Shown: positions 36,689 to 51,600, counted from the first letter of the stretch. The stretch is DNA of 64,000 nt from Octopus bimaculoides (GCF_001194135.2 NC_068983.1:93764021-93828020), one strand, 5' to 3'. The notes: a model not told the origin generated them from the letters alone. A program made the numbers and translations.

Positions 36689-37894
36689 TGCAGAGTGTGA
36701 GAAGTATTTGAGGACATATTTGGTAATTTAATAAAATGACTCTAATCTAACAAAAACCAAATATATTTTTATAACGATGTGTGCACATGTTCTTGCTAAC
36801 ACCATTCTATAAATCTGCCTTCACTCTTTGATAACTGCTTCAATGCTAGATCAGAATTATTTATATGATTACACTAAATGGTCCTTATTCATTTCAGACA
36901 CAACCAGGATGATAGTGGCCTTCAGTGAAGCTATGATATTCTGAGGATGTTGATTAATCTTCCTTTCAGTAATGTCCTAAATATAGTAATCCATGAGATT
37001 TAAATCTCACAAGTTTGGAAGCCACAACTTTGGTGAGAAGGTGTCGAGTCTTGTTGAAACATATATGGCCTTCCTTTGTGTACTTCATCCATCTAGGGTT
37101 TAACAACTGTCTCCGACACCTCAAAGTATCCAGTAGCATTAATTTTAAGACTCAGTGGAAAGATGTAAAAGGTACAGACATGACTTTCCTTACTCACCAC
37201 TCCTAAAACTATCACAATTGCTAGAAACCTTGTGTGCATCACTCTGGTGATATCAGAAGCATCTGCTCATAACCATTTATCATTTCTCTTGTTAGACTTT
37301 TGGTCATAGTCAAAGTTTTTCTTATCAAAGAAGAAACAAAGTATGCCATGTTCACAAGGATTTTCAGGCTTGTTAAATGATCATTTGGCAGGGATCAAAC
37401 AGTGTTCCTATGTTTTTGCAGGCATGAATTGATCTCTTCTCAGCACATATGACTTGTATCAAATATCTTCGTGCACCACAGTTCTGATAGTCCATTCTGA
37501 CACTTGAAGTTCTTTGGTGATGGCCCTTGTTGATTTTCCAGGAAGACTATTGATAATATTTGAAACCATTGGTTAAATTGTAATGTTTTTATAGTGTGTC
37601 TAATTGTTTAGAATGATTTGTTTTCTCTTTGGCACAATTGAAACATTCCCACCAGATGCTTCCAATTCCAGCCAAACTTTATGCATAATAAATCTTGCAA
37701 CATTTAGAAAGTTGGCAATTTGTAAATTGCCACTTTCCCCACATATGGCAACAATGACCGCATCACTTTTTATGACTTGTGTTAGTACTTTATTTTCTAT
37801 GAGGGAATGTGAAAAAAATAAAAAGCTTTTGAATAGTTTAAAGAGAATAATATACATAGAATTAGGTATCCTCAAATACTCCTGGCATAGTTTG
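36689..37894 (-). mobile_element. decayed Tc1/mariner-superfamily transposon (maT/DD37D-like, inferred)
   Basis: minus-strand KSDAVIVAI...VWLELEASGGNVSIVPKRK and WLPNL*DLNLMDYYI (WPPNSPDLNPLDY motif); TIR core AGTATTTGAGGA / TCCTCAAATACT. Confidence 0.8.
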
Positions 37895-38358
37895 TATATA
37901 CAAACTATGGCTGTAACACAGAATCAAGGATGACTTGATTCTGGGAGAATGTACCATGCTTTTGCTAATTGTTTTAGATTTTTATATAATCATGAGCTAG
38001 CATACACCTTCTCAGCTCTTCACTCTTGATCAGTGGAACATCCAGGCTTGGATGATCCAATGGATCAAGCAGATGGCTGGAGAGAGAGGGAAGAGATGGG
38101 GAGAAGGATAGAGAGAGGAGGAGAGGACTATGCCGTCACTCAGTCGGTGCTCATTTCAACTGAGTAGAGTGGAACTGTATGAAAGTACTTTACTCAAGGA
38201 CACAGCAAGCTGTCCAGTCCATAAATCAAACACACAGCTCTTTGTGAATGTGTACCCAAATATCATCATCATCATCATCATCATCATCGTCAGAAAACAT
38301 ACACACACACAGACATGAGAAGGACTTTTGGATCCCCCTGTAAATTTTCTTGTTTTTA

Positions 38359-38393
<35 letters not shown>

Positions 38394-41300
38394 CAATATT
38401 ATTGAATTTGTTCTTTCCTAACTTTTAAAGAAAGATCAAAACTTAGAAAATTGTGAATATGAAAGGGAAGCAAAAATGTTGTGAAATAACTTTTAAACAT
38501 TTAGAAGACAGATCAAATTAAACAAATAGTGGAATAACTTTAAAACATTTAGTAACTTATTGAGATTTTTATGAAAAGAAATCTAAAGTTATAAAATAGT
38601 AAAAATGTGTAAGTACTTTGCCATATTTGAATAATATTTCCTTCATTTCTTTAAAATTGTTATTATTATAACAGTGAAGTTTAAAGTTGGAGGCAGGAAG
38701 TTGTAGAGGAGATGATCACAGTGAATGAGGGCCATAAAGAAAAGTGAGCTTTTTGAGAAAAGATGGCATTTCAGAATGAACAACAAAATATACTAAAATT
38801 GGAATTTTTAAGAGTTTACTATATTTTTGAATTTATTGAAAAGTTTTAGTGTTTGGTTATCTATATAGATATCCTTAGCTTTTGGTCATTAAATATAAGG
38901 TTAGTATTTGCAAGGAACACATAATCCAGTTAAAAGTTCTAAAGGCATGAAGTTCTTGTGTGAAAGAATTTAACAAAATACAAAAGTTATGATCTCGATA
39001 ATGAGACAGTTTCAGGTGAGAGAAAACATGCATATTTCAAAACTTATGCTTATTTTCAATGATTCCCTTTGTGTTTTGTAATGTTAAGGAATTATTGTAG
39101 TGTCATAGGAATTTTGGAGGGAAGCATTAGTGCATGTGCAATGCTGGAATTCTGCCATGAGTTATTGGTTGACATAGCAGCAGTAAAAGAAAGCTTTCAA
39201 ATCCATCTAATGGAATATAGCTAGTATTGTGTTGGAAAATAAAGAGATGGTTTCAATTGCTCTAATTGGACTGGAATATTGCCTTCATCATCATCATCAT
39301 TGAAATATACAATAAATGAATTTGTTTTACAACCAGGTTTTATTTCTTTAATTTTTTTTTCTTTTTAATCCATATAAATACATTCCATTTGGCTCTTCAT
39401 TTGTGCACCTGACCATAAATTTTAAAGATTAATATCTCAATTTCTATACTTTTATCATGTGACTTTATTCACTAATGTCAGTTATAGAGAAGATAATGTA
39501 CAAATGCATGACAGAAGTTGTAGACCACCTCTGATTTGCTTTATAGTTCATCTGAACCAGTTGTAAAGAAATGAGGGGAAGCACTCAAACAATTCTTGCT
39601 TTGGAGAAGATGTATAAGTGGTTAGTATTGAGAAGATATATTACTTTGTATAGTTTTTACCGTCTTTATTATTGTAGGACTTTAAAAAGTTTGATACTAA
39701 ATTCAAAAGTTGAGAAGTTATGTCATCCTTTAGCTATCTCTGGCCTCAAGCTATAACAGATTGATTATATGGGCAGTGACCAGCCTATGCTAACATTGAC
39801 TACATTAGCACTGACCTACCTGTCTAAAAAGACAAAAAAAAATTGATTTGTTTTTTAGATCTGATTTTTAAATGGTTTGGATTCAAATATTTCTTAATAC
39901 GCATCTGTGAAATGGAAGGGGTATGTTTTTAGCCACATTGACAAAGTCAAGTTGAGCAAGTTGAGCAGCATTTTGTGCTGGGAGAGTTTGATCTGATGAC
40001 AGTGTTGTACATAATATAAATACATTAACCATGATGTCACAGCACCACATCAGAATACTTACTTATACAGCCAAACTGTCAAAACTATCTTCCATCCATA
40101 TAGCCTGACAACTTAATTTACTGCATATTATAAACGTGAGTAAGCAATGTATTCAGCAGTGTTAAATATGATGAGGTGATAGGAATCTACTTCAGTGTTC
40201 ATCTTTACATTACAGATATGAATGACTTGTCATATATTTGTCTACATTGTTGAGAAAATATCTGGTTAATTGAGACTTGAGAGAAAAAATCATGTACTCA
40301 CCTTCTAGTCTGTGATTATTCACTAACGTCTCAGATTTCTTGTTTGATTAACATTGAAGAGATTTTATGTATATGTGTTAGGATGTAGAAGTGTAGCCTT
40401 CAAGATGTTGCAGCTTAGTAATAAAGTTTTGGTTTCAGATAAATGTCAAATTAAGTGATCTCTATCAAAATTTTTATTCAAAATTTTACAAAAGTTGACT
40501 AAAGATTCTTAAGTTTACATTCTATTTTAGACAGAAAAGGACTAGCCTCTAGCCTCAGGAATTCCTAGGTTGTGTTAAGTGTGGTTGCTGCTTGTTTTGA
40601 ATAGATGTCATATCAAGAATTTATTATTATGTTATGGAAGAACAGATTTTATTTCTTTATTGCTTTGAATTCCATGGTCAAATCAACTTTACTCCCAAAA
40701 TGATAAAACATTAAGAGAAATTTTATTCATTTTAGATTTTCCTAAAAGTTTCAGCAAAAATATTTCTAGTTACTGAAAATTGTCATGACTTGAAGATTTT
40801 CTAAACTTTTGAGAGAACAAAATTTGCAATGCCTTCCACAACTTCAAAAGAAAATCCTTTTATATGAAAGCCATGTTGAAATTCTAAACATTAATTTGGA
40901 AAATTTCCTGAGAATGACTTTCAAGCAAAGTCAAATGAAATAAATTTTGAAAAATGAGTTGTGATTAAAACTTAATTACCAAATCAAGTGAGTACCTCAA
41001 GTCCAGAGTTGAATCATTTGCAGGAAACACCTGAAGCAATGAACTGCATCAATAATGAGAGATTATTATTTCCAGTGGGAAATAATTACTTCCTGTTTTA
41101 TGTCTTAGATGTTTCAGATTTCAGTTGGTGATTACAGTTTCTTTCGCATAATGTTAGTGTAACCCTTTTGTGGTGCAATTAGCAAGTGTTTCATATTTTA
41201 ATATTGCTTTAGTTGTATTCTATTTTGCTGAAAATTCATAGAAGTATTTTCATTAGCATTACAATTACTAATCTACTGCATTTACTTGTGTGTACTATAC

Positions 41301-41481
41301 TCTTTTCCCAGATTTTTAAACCCTCAGATTCTGGTTGCAATCTACATATGAAAACAAAATGGTCTCCATGTTGTCTCTGCTCCAAGTGCACTTTACATTC
41401 TGGTCAGTATGACCTGAAGTAAATTGTATCTATTGTTCAAGCTGACTGGTATATAACAAAGAGTTTAAATCACTGCAATAA

Positions 41482-42740
41482 CACCATATATACTCATAAA
41501 GTTGCACTTTTTAACTGAGATAAAGGGCATGAAATGCTGTCTGTGGCTTATCAATTACACTTTACTCTGGGCTTGAAATTCATAACAAGCCTTAACATAT
41601 ACACATCCTCATCAGCAAATGATTGTGTATGTAGAACAGGTTGATCATGATATTGTTATGCAGTCACTATGAATATCAATATTGTAAATAAACACAGGAT
41701 ACATCTCTTGCAGAAACAAAAGTGTTTGTAATATCTATGTTATATTGCTCATATCCATCTGTATGTTTGCATATATATACACAGATTTGCTGGCAGAAGT
41801 TTTGAAAAAATGCCTTGTATTTCTGCTTGAAAAAGATGTTACAAGATTTGAGCATAATCACTAAAGGAAAAAAATTGAGTTATGAGGCTGGTTTTAAGTT
41901 GTGTGATATTGAAAAGGTTGAAGAGCATAGGAATTGTAGTACTAGGACAGAGTTTTGTGTGTCAGAAAAACTAGTGAGGGACTGGAGTAAACATTCAATA
42001 CAATGTGAAAACAAAATATGCCAGAATGTTTTTCTATAACAGAAACTGGAGAAAGATTTATATAGTTGGGCATGTGAATTACACATGAATGAACTTTTCA
42101 TTCACATGACTATTAGAACAAAAGTTAATAGATATAATTATTCATGGATAGCTTACAGCTATCTATGGGTACAAGCAAATGTAATATTTCTCAAAAGTTC
42201 TGCATTTCAGCTGGGTGGTGGATGCAGTTTATGAACAGAACTGGTCTAGCATTACGATAGCAAACCAATTGGGATAATTGATTCATGAAACTATTGTGAG
42301 ATTATTTTGAATATATTTTTAATGAAGTTCATTAAAATCAATTCATAAATGTTTATTTCATTCAAACACAGTTGCAAGGATTTAATAAAAGTAATTAAAT
42401 GAAGACATTCGATAATGACAGTGTTTACATTCTGTGTTATGTGTTTTATAGCCTTCTGAAGGTTGGGGGCAGTAATTCCACATTTGCCTATAAAATTAAA
42501 AGGTCACTTTAAGTCTGTAAAGTTCAACAGTTACTTTTGATTTGTTTAGGTTGCATGAATTTTCTCAGAGCATTTAAGTCAGCTATTATAATAAATTTGA
42601 CCAAAGGCTATCTTTAGAAAAGTCAGTGCATATTATACATAAGTTATTTCCTTCAGGCTTTCATAGCAAAAAATAGATAAATAAATGAATAGATGTGCAC
42701 ATTATGTATGAGTGCATATTATTTATAGCATATAAATATA
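41482..42740 (+). mobile_element. decayed pogo/Tigger-type transposon (Brinker-type DNA-binding N-terminus)
   Basis: KKLSYEAGFKL...EFCVSEKLVRDW and AGWWMQFMNRTGLALR; degenerate CCATATATACTC... left end. Confidence 0.7.
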
Positions 42741-43330
42741 ATTTTGTGTTATTTAATTACATTAAATATTTTTGTTGAGATTAAAGTAAATGGCATATAT
42801 TATATATAAATAGCTTCAGTTTGTTACATGGGTTAGTTCAATAATTACTAGAAACAGCACAAGATTCTAGTAGTAAGAAGTCAAAGAGAGCATAGCACTA
42901 TAATCTTATAGTGATACAAAAGATTACATATTTATTGTGCATACATGAAAGATATAATGATTGGAAATATTTACTGAATTCAGCATGAATGAAGGCTCCA
43001 TGTTGTTGTAGCATAACATTTATGACAAGTTACAGGCAATCAATGACTTAAGATTAACCCATTGATGAGTCAACAAAGGAGCCTTTACATGGCCTGGCAA
43101 CCTGCTAGAAATTGTAACCAAATTTCTCTTAATCATACCCAGCCATTTTAAATAAGGGAAAAACCCACTGGATAGTGTAGTTGTGGATATCACTAAAGAA
43201 AGCAGGGATCTTCACAGTTTGACTGTTTTTGATCATAGATCTACTTGATTAGGCATAAATTAACATAGGTTTTGTAATTTGATGTGCTTTATTTACATCC
43301 CAGCTGCCAGCCTACTATGGCACTCTGTAG

Positions 43331-43636
43331 TTACGACAACAAGGGTTCCAGTTGATCTGATCAACAGAACAGCTTGTTTGTGAAATTAACATGCATGTGG
43401 CTGAGCACTCCACAGACACATGTATCCTTAATGTAGTTCTCAGGGAGATTCAGTGTGACACAGAGTGTTTGCAAGGCTGTCCCTTTGAAATACAGATAGT
43501 ATTCATATTTGCCAGTTGATTAGACTGGAGCTATGTGAAATAAAGTGTCTTGCTCAAGGACACAACGTGTCACTGGGAATTGAACTCACAACCTTACGAT
43601 CATAAGCCAAATACCCTAACCACTAAGCCATGCACC
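43331..43636 (-). mobile_element. ~300 bp tRNA-derived SINE
   Basis: minus strand A-box TGGCTTAGTGGTTAGG, B-box GAGTTCAATTCC; body AAGGGTTCCAGTTGATC... Confidence 0.85.
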
Positions 43637-44789
43637 TTTACTCCACCCTATTATCAAACAGTAATTAGTTGTTATGACCCAGGTCAGCCTTGATATAGCA
43701 GTGTTATGGTCCAAAAGTAGGCAATTCAACTAATAGAGTTACTGCTTGAACATAATGGTTAGTTATATTAGAATGTAATAATATAAAAAAGCATTGTTTA
43801 TTTAGTTTGTATATAATCAAAGATTATATTGGTAATCTTAGTAGGGAGTATTAAAAGAGATCTTAGTAATGTATAGTAATTTTGCTTGACTTATAAGAGA
43901 TGATTAGTGACCCAGAACAAGAGCTGAACAAAATCTAACAATGTTTTTATTTTGTTTTTGTCTGGATCAAGTTGAACATGATGTGCTTTTAATATGGTGT
44001 TGTACCTTCATCTTGGTATATTGCTGATATGACTAGCTGTGGGTGGATGGATGATAGAACATGTAGCATTTTGAATATATGTCTATATCATACATTGTTG
44101 TTGATATGTCTAATTTTTAATATGCTGTTAAACATCAATTATCTTACTCTCATGGAATAGTGACTGTAACATTTTGAATGTATGTTCATATCGTATTATA
44201 AGATTGCTGGTGTGTGGATTGTACATTTAGATTTTAACACAGTGTTGTAGATTCCCCATTGAGTATTAATGTTACATCTAGATGTGTCTGAATGGTAGGA
44301 TGTCTTGTATATAAACATAAGTTATCATACTGTCATACCTAGACATGCTTGTGAATTGTAGAATATGTAATTAGAAGGACTGTTTGAAAGTTTCAGCTGC
44401 AAACTGTCTATAAATTTTCTATTTCACAATTTAGACAAATACACGTGTATCAAATAAATTCTTGATTTATTAAAATATATCCACTTCTAGAGGATGTGCC
44501 ATAATTAACAAATAACAACTAAGACCAGCCCATATGAGAAGGGGAGATAATATTAAAAATCAAAATTTCTCCAAAGTTGATGTTCCTTTAAAGAAAAGAA
44601 CAGGTTTAATATCTGGAAGTAAAAGGATAACTATAGACATATGTTTCTGCCTCAACATGCATCATCAGCACAAGAAATTTTCAACCTTCTCTCCAGTAGG
44701 CTAGGGACTTAGACATATATGAAAAGAGTAGAACACATTTACATTCTAGGTAATTTGCATAATTTAAACAAAAATTACTGGCAGTCCAT

Positions 44790-45100
44790 CAGTTAAGATG
44801 ACAAGGGTTCCAGTTGATCCAATCAATGGAACAGCCTGCTTGTGAAATTAATGAGCAAGTGGCTGAGCACTCCATAGACACTTGTACCCTTAATTTAATT
44901 AGTTCTCAAGGAGATTCAGCATCACACAGAATGTGACAAGGCTGTCTCTCTGAGCTACAGGTACAGCTCGTTTTTGCCAGCTGAGTGGACTGGAGCACTA
45001 GAAAATAAAATGTCTTGCTCAAGGACACAATATGCTGCCAGGAATCAAACTCATGTCTTTACAATTGTGAGCCGAATACCCTAACCACTAAACCACATAC
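44790..45100 (-). mobile_element. same SINE family as 43331
   Basis: collinear with 43331-43636. Confidence 0.85.
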
Positions 45101-45109
45101 TAAGAGAAA

Positions 45110-45450
45110 TAACTCAGAGTGCCTGGTAGCATAGGGTTAAAACCCCCTTCAGTCATGAATGACCATGGGATTGTACCTAGAAAGTTCCCCTCCAAGGCAC
45201 AAGTCCAGGCAAAGTTGTTTTTGGAAGACCAGCAGTCACCCATGCATACCAGCCTTTCCTGTCCATGCCACTGATGTTATTTAAGGGAAAGGCAAAAGCC
45301 TATACAGCTTCACACCAGTGATGTCACAACTCATCTCTACACCTGAGTGAACTGGAGCAATGTGAAATAAAGTGTCTTGCTCAAAAACACAACACACTGC
45401 CCGGTCCAGGAATTGAACTCACTACCTAATGATTGTGAGCCTGATGCTCT
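45110..45450 (-). mobile_element. related SINE (shared head, different body); another copy at 63725-64000
   Basis: CATGAATGACCATGGGATTGTACCTAGAAAG...GTGAAATAAAGTGTCTTGCTC shared with 63740-64000. Confidence 0.75.
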
Positions 45451-45642
45451 AGCATACCTTTTCCTTATTGGTATGTCAGCTTCAGAGAATTCATGATTCT
45501 TGAGACTATCTTCTCTTCTCATATGGAACTGGTTTTAATTATCATTTGGTAATTATAACTCATCATCTAGAGGTGAAGATAATTTTAATAGATCAAGAAT
45601 TTATGTTGTATGGTATTTGATGTACCTATATATGTTTGTGTG

Positions 45643-45963
45643 AAGGTGTGTGACTTAGTGGTTAGAGTATTCGGCTCATGATGATAAGGCCATGAGTTCA
45701 ATTCCTGGTGGCGTGTTGTGTCCTTCAGCAGGACACTTTATTTCACATTGTTCCAGTCTACTCAACTGGAAAAAATTAATTGTACCTGTATTTCAAAGAG
45801 TCCTTTGTATCACATTCTGTGTCATACTGAAACTTGCTGAGAACTACGTTAAGAGTACATGTGTCTGTGAAGTACTCAACCACTTGCACATTAATTTCAC
45901 AAGCAGGCTGTTCTGTTGATCAAACCAATTGGGATCCTCATCATCATAAGTGATGGAGTGCCA
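45643..45963 (+). mobile_element. same SINE family as 43331, + orientation
   Basis: TGACTTAGTGGTTAG...GAGTTCAATTCC head; reverse complement of the 44790 copy. Confidence 0.85.
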
Positions 45964-46575
45964 TATGTCTGTGTTGTTCAAATACATGCTACTGGTCACT
46001 GCTTTATTTTTTCTTAGCTCATTTCACAAATTAGTTGGTTCAGAAGCAAAATAGTTTTTGCATAAACACTCCGTCAATCTCATAATAAATTGAAATCCTC
46101 ATAAAATGATGTTTACTTCATGACTTAAAGCTCATATAATAGCAATCTAGTGACCATATCTAGAATTCTAACTAAATGATGAATTTCAAACCCAATAACT
46201 AGACTAAAAATTATATAATCCATACTGTCTACATGTAAAACACACCATGAGCCAAAACATCAATTTAATACTTTAACTCTGAGAAACGACACTATATTTG
46301 TTATCACTCATAATAAAAATTATGTGATGCAGTACCTAAGATGACCAAACTGAAAAAAAAAGGCTTTTAAATATAATGAAACAGGAACAGAAATAGACCA
46401 AGGAATATGTAGTTATTAGGTTGCATTGAAAAATTATCAAAGAGAAAGGACAGCTGAAGTAAGCTAGGTTTTACCAAAATCTTGCTGGAGGGAAAATATG
46501 TAAAAATTATGATGGGAATATTTCAGAGAAAATGATTTACTACATGTAAAATTATTTTAAATTCTTTTGAGTATA

Positions 46576-46748
<173 letters not shown>

Positions 46749-47669
46749 ATGAGATTTTACCATGTTGATGTTTTAGCTACTCTGACTTCCATAAAAACGT
46801 AGATAATAATAAAATTATGATGGCAGCTGGCATTATTCGGGGAATTGCAATTTGTCAAGTTGCTGGAAGGTGTTTCTACTTATATTTATATGCGAATATT
46901 TTCTCTGTTTATTCAGTTTTCAATATGTTTAAATTACATTAGATCTAATCTCAGAACTAAATGGAATGGCATTTACCCAATGTCTATTTTGCTAATCTAA
47001 TTAATTCAGAGAAATTCCTCTATATTCGCACAAAAACAGCCTCCAGAATATTAGAATAGAAACTGCTCTGAAATTCTGTATGAATATTACATAGCCATTA
47101 GTTCGCAATTATTGGGTGTTTATTTATTTGTTTATTTATTATTGTTTTTTATTCAAGATAGAATCATATAAAAAATATTTTAACTTTATACTATTATTCA
47201 CTTAAACCAAAACAAGTAATATAGCTAAAATTCACTTCATGATTTACTTCATTTAGTGTTTAAACATATACTAAACACACTTCATACTAGTTACTTTCCA
47301 ATGATATGATATATATTCATACATTACACATATTTTATTTATACCACATTTATTTTACACATGATACTTTACACCGATACATTTATATATATTACATGTA
47401 CTTTATATTAGATTTTTTTGTTTTGTTTTGTTTTTTTACGTTGATATGTTTATATATGTACACTACATACCTTTCATATAGACACATATTTTATACCATT
47501 TACTTTCAAGTGTGCTTTCTATACACTATACAACTATTTTTATATTAGTTACTTTATGCAGGATTTATATACGCTACACATACTTATGCCAAATACTTTA
47601 CACTGATGTTTATATGCACTAAATATATTTTATGTACACTATATATATTTTATATGCACTTAGAGGACC

Positions 47670-48110
47670 AGGGGTGGCTTTGTGGTAAAAAGTTTGTTTT
47701 TTAACCACATGGTTCTGAACTCAGAACCATGTGGTTAGGCTATGTCTTCTACTAGAGCCCTGGGCCAACCAAAGTCTTGTGAGTGTATTTGGTACATGGA
47801 AACTAAGATTTCATATATATGATATGATGGGTTCTCCTGTTGAAGATGACGTATGAGTGTTCAGCTTTTGCTGAAAGGCCTGCACAAATGATTTGTTTAT
47901 AGTGACCAAATGTATGTGCTGTACATTAGCTCACACTCACCATCAAATTGGCAATGACTGGACAAGTGCACAGTGTACCACACACCTGGTGTCCAAGTGA
48001 TTGCAGAGGAACATGAGATGAAGTGCCTTGCTCATGAACACAATGCACCACCTGGTCTACAAATTGAAACCACAATCTCACGATCATCCTATCTAACCTA
48101 ATTATGTTAT
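47670..48110. mobile_element. SINE head (+, 47670-47810) followed by a different SINE (-, 47820-48110)
   Basis: family motifs; the first carries a palindrome at 47703-47736. Confidence 0.65.
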
Positions 48111-48128
48111 CAAAAAAATATAACAACC

Positions 48129-48198
<70 letters not shown>

Positions 48199-48373
48199 CT
48201 ACACATATATAGATATATATATATACATATATATATATATTATTTACTACGTGAACTACACTGAAAAGAATGAGAAAGATATATAATTTTTCTTTTGTGC
48301 AGAGGTTCCTTGAGACATGTAATTTATTTTAAGGGTTACGCAAGGGTAAAAAGGTTGGGAAACACTGGGTTAG

Positions 48374-48645
48374 GTCATGAGTTCAATTCCCAGTGACACA
48401 TTGTGTCCTTTAGCAAGACATTTTATTTCACATTGCTCCTTTTCACTCAGCTAGCAAAAATGAGTAGTGCCTGTAAATAAATCAAAGGACCATCCTTGTC
48501 ACATTTTGTATCACACTGAATCTCCTTGAGAGTTATGTTAAGCATACACATGTCTGTGGAGTGCTCAGCCACTTGCACATTAATTTTATGAGCAAGCTAT
48601 TCCATTGATCAGATCAACTGGAGTCCTCAATGCTGTAACCGCCAG
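48374..48645 (+). mobile_element. same SINE family as 43331, 5'-truncated
   Basis: GAGTTCAATTCCC...GCAAGACATTTTATTTCACATTGCTCC. Confidence 0.8.
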
Positions 48646-48831
48646 TTTATATACATATGTGTGTCTGTGTAAGCATGACTATATGGCTAAAAAGCTTGCC
48701 TTGCAGCCACAGGGTTTTGGCTTCTTTCCTAGTGCACAGCACTTCTATTTCAGCCATGTGTGATTGGATTTGATTGATAGAAACCAAAAGAAGCTTGTAA
48801 TTTATAGATGTAAGTGGTGTGTATGTGTGTG

Positions 48832-48871
<40 letters not shown>

Positions 48872-49259
48872 TGTGTGGGAGTATGTGTTCATGTCCCCTT
48901 ATTGCATACAAATTGTGAACAAATATCTCCACCATACAAGTCGCGTCATTCATGTCCACTCATTGTGCCATTTGTGCTCAGAAGGCCAGAGGAAATATTA
49001 CCTTACCTGGAAAAAGATGAGGTTTGTCAGTAGGAAGAGCATCCTGGCAGTGAAAATCTGGCTCACTGAATTTCATCTAGAACATGCAAGTGTGAAAAAA
49101 ATGGGTATTAATATGATTGTGTGTGTGTATGATCATTTTAATGTACACACACATGTACTTTTGTATGTATGTATATGTATGTTTATGCATACATACAGAA
49201 GTTTAATTATAGTGTACTAGGTAGAATGTGTGCTTAGTAAAAAAAAAACATTTGTAGAG

Positions 49260-49318
<59 letters not shown>

Positions 49319-51159
49319 TCATCATCATCATCATCTATATATATATATATATGTTTTATCGCTTTCCTTGAGAGAGAATGACTGGTGCTTTTATTTATTA
49401 TTAATCATTTAGTCTGAAATTATATATTCTTACATGAACTTTTGAACTTAGAAGACTATCTTCTACAAATTGGCTCATAAATAACATTTCAGTCTTGGTA
49501 GGGGGAAGAGTTTGAATGTTTAATGAAAGAGATATCAAAATTAACAAAAATAAAAACTACATCATTAAAGCAGACACTGTAAATGAGTTATTTTATATTA
49601 TTATTAAATCACTATGTGACAGAAACCTTTATTATTATTATTAAAATAAAATAAAATAAATCATTATTATTGTTTTTATCACTATTAAGAAAACACAATA
49701 TATTGTAGCATACTTAAGCCTTTCTGCAATTCTAGAATTGATTTGGTTGCAAAACTTTTTTCCCTTTACATATAGATACAGGTTTTGTTTCCACTTAATG
49801 GAAACACTGTGTATATGAAAGCCTTGTTATAACCAAGGAATTCCATAACATGAAGTCTGGCTTCCATTGAATCTGGAAGTCAGTGAGAAATATGTTTCAT
49901 ATTAAAAAATCCTTTGTTACAGCAGGATATTCTGAAATGAAATGCTTCTGCAGTGTACTGAGTATCTATAGTGTTTTACACAGAACATGAGAACTTGGGA
50001 ATGCTATTTTATGGACTTCATACATGGACATTCTCCAAGATATCTTTATCTTTTATCTTTTACTTATTTCAGTCATTTGACTGCAGCCATACTGGGGAAT
50101 TTCTTAAAACCATCCTGAGCAATAATCATCAGGCTTTCAGTTTACCCATCTAACTGTTTAATTAGACTCAGGAGTAACACTGCTGTTTGTTGCATTCCAG
50201 TTTACTGACTCAGTTTGCAAAGTGCATGTAGGTGTTTCAGTTCATATGCTGGGTTCACGTTTTTTGATTTTTCTCCATTTTAATTCTTTCTTTGATTCTT
50301 TGACTTCTTTTGTTATATCTGTCTGCAAAGCATGCATGTTTTGTGCTCAGAGTGCACATGGCTGTTAAGGAATCTGTAGCTAGATACTTATTTCAGTGCT
50401 TCTTATCTCGTGAGTGCAACCTTTCATTTTTGTCATATTTAGCAACTTCTTGTAGTTAAGTGTCTTGTTCTTTTCAGGTGAATGACTGGTGCAATTCTAT
50501 TGACTGTATTTATCATGACAAGTTGAACTAAGCCTTTTTTCCCCATCATTTCATCTAGGGATAGTAGACAATGTTTCAATGAGTGATGTCGTCTAAATTT
50601 TGACAAACGTTTACTTGTTTCAAATGTCACAAGGGTCAACTTTCATCCTTTCAAAATAAGTACCAGTTGAGCACTGGGGTTGATGTAATAAACTTCCCCC
50701 ACCCCTGGGAAGTGTAGCTGTTAAAAGAAGTATCTTCAATGGTGTAGCTTGTGTGTGTTCTGCATGGGGCGGCCCTTCCATTTGTCACCCCCAGGCCCGA
50801 ACAAAAAATATATGCTGAACAATTATTGCATTTAATGGTGAGTAGTGTCCCCACATTAAAACCACTATTATTTGATTTCAATACAGCCTATACAGGCTTA
50901 TAGCCTACAGCAGACCCAAAAGTGATGCCACCCCCATAAAAGTGCTGCCTAGAGCAGACCACCTCCTCAGTCCACCTTTAGCTATACTAGTGAGCACCTT
51001 TCAGGGTGACTCTTTCTCCCCATTGTTATTTGTCATTGCAATCATATCTATCTCATTGACTTAAAACACATCACCACAGGTCACAAACTAAGAAGAAATT
51101 TACCTTCTAAACCATCTATTCTTCATCTATTACTTTTATATGTATTACAAAGTTTTAAA

Positions 51160-51600
51160 AGGAGATCAGTTCAGTTGTTAATATAGTAAAGATGTGCTGC
51201 AATGATATTAGGATGGAGTTTGGTATATCAAAATGTGCAACTTTAGCCATGGAGAGAGGGAAGAATTCTCATTTTAATGGAATAAACTTACTGAAAGAAC
51301 AGATTTTAGAATCTGGTAACAATGGATACAAGTAACTAGACATACTGAAACTCAGTGATATAATGCAACAGGAAATGAAGAAACTGGTGAAAACAATGTA
51401 GAGAGATTAAAACTTGTTTTGATGTCCAAAATTAATTCAAAGAATCTGATAAATGTGATCAAATGCTTGGACAGTTACTATTATGTATTATAGTGCTGGA
51501 ATAGTGAACTGGACAAAAAAAGGAAATGGATGCATCAGATTGAGAAAAACCCTATGCATGGAACACTTCATCCGAACGCAAATGCTAGTTATTTATACAA
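51160..51600 (+). pseudogene. R4/Dong-like LINE RT C-terminal fragment
   Basis: VKMCCNDIRMEFGISKCATLAMERGK; YYSAGIVNWT; MHGTLHPNANASYLY. Confidence 0.8.

Noticed and set aside
49971-50153. FYGLHTW resembling TMEM245 FYGLYTW
   Set aside because: The similarity is limited to 7 residues, it runs into a SINE tail, there is no matching donor, and intervening exons are absent.
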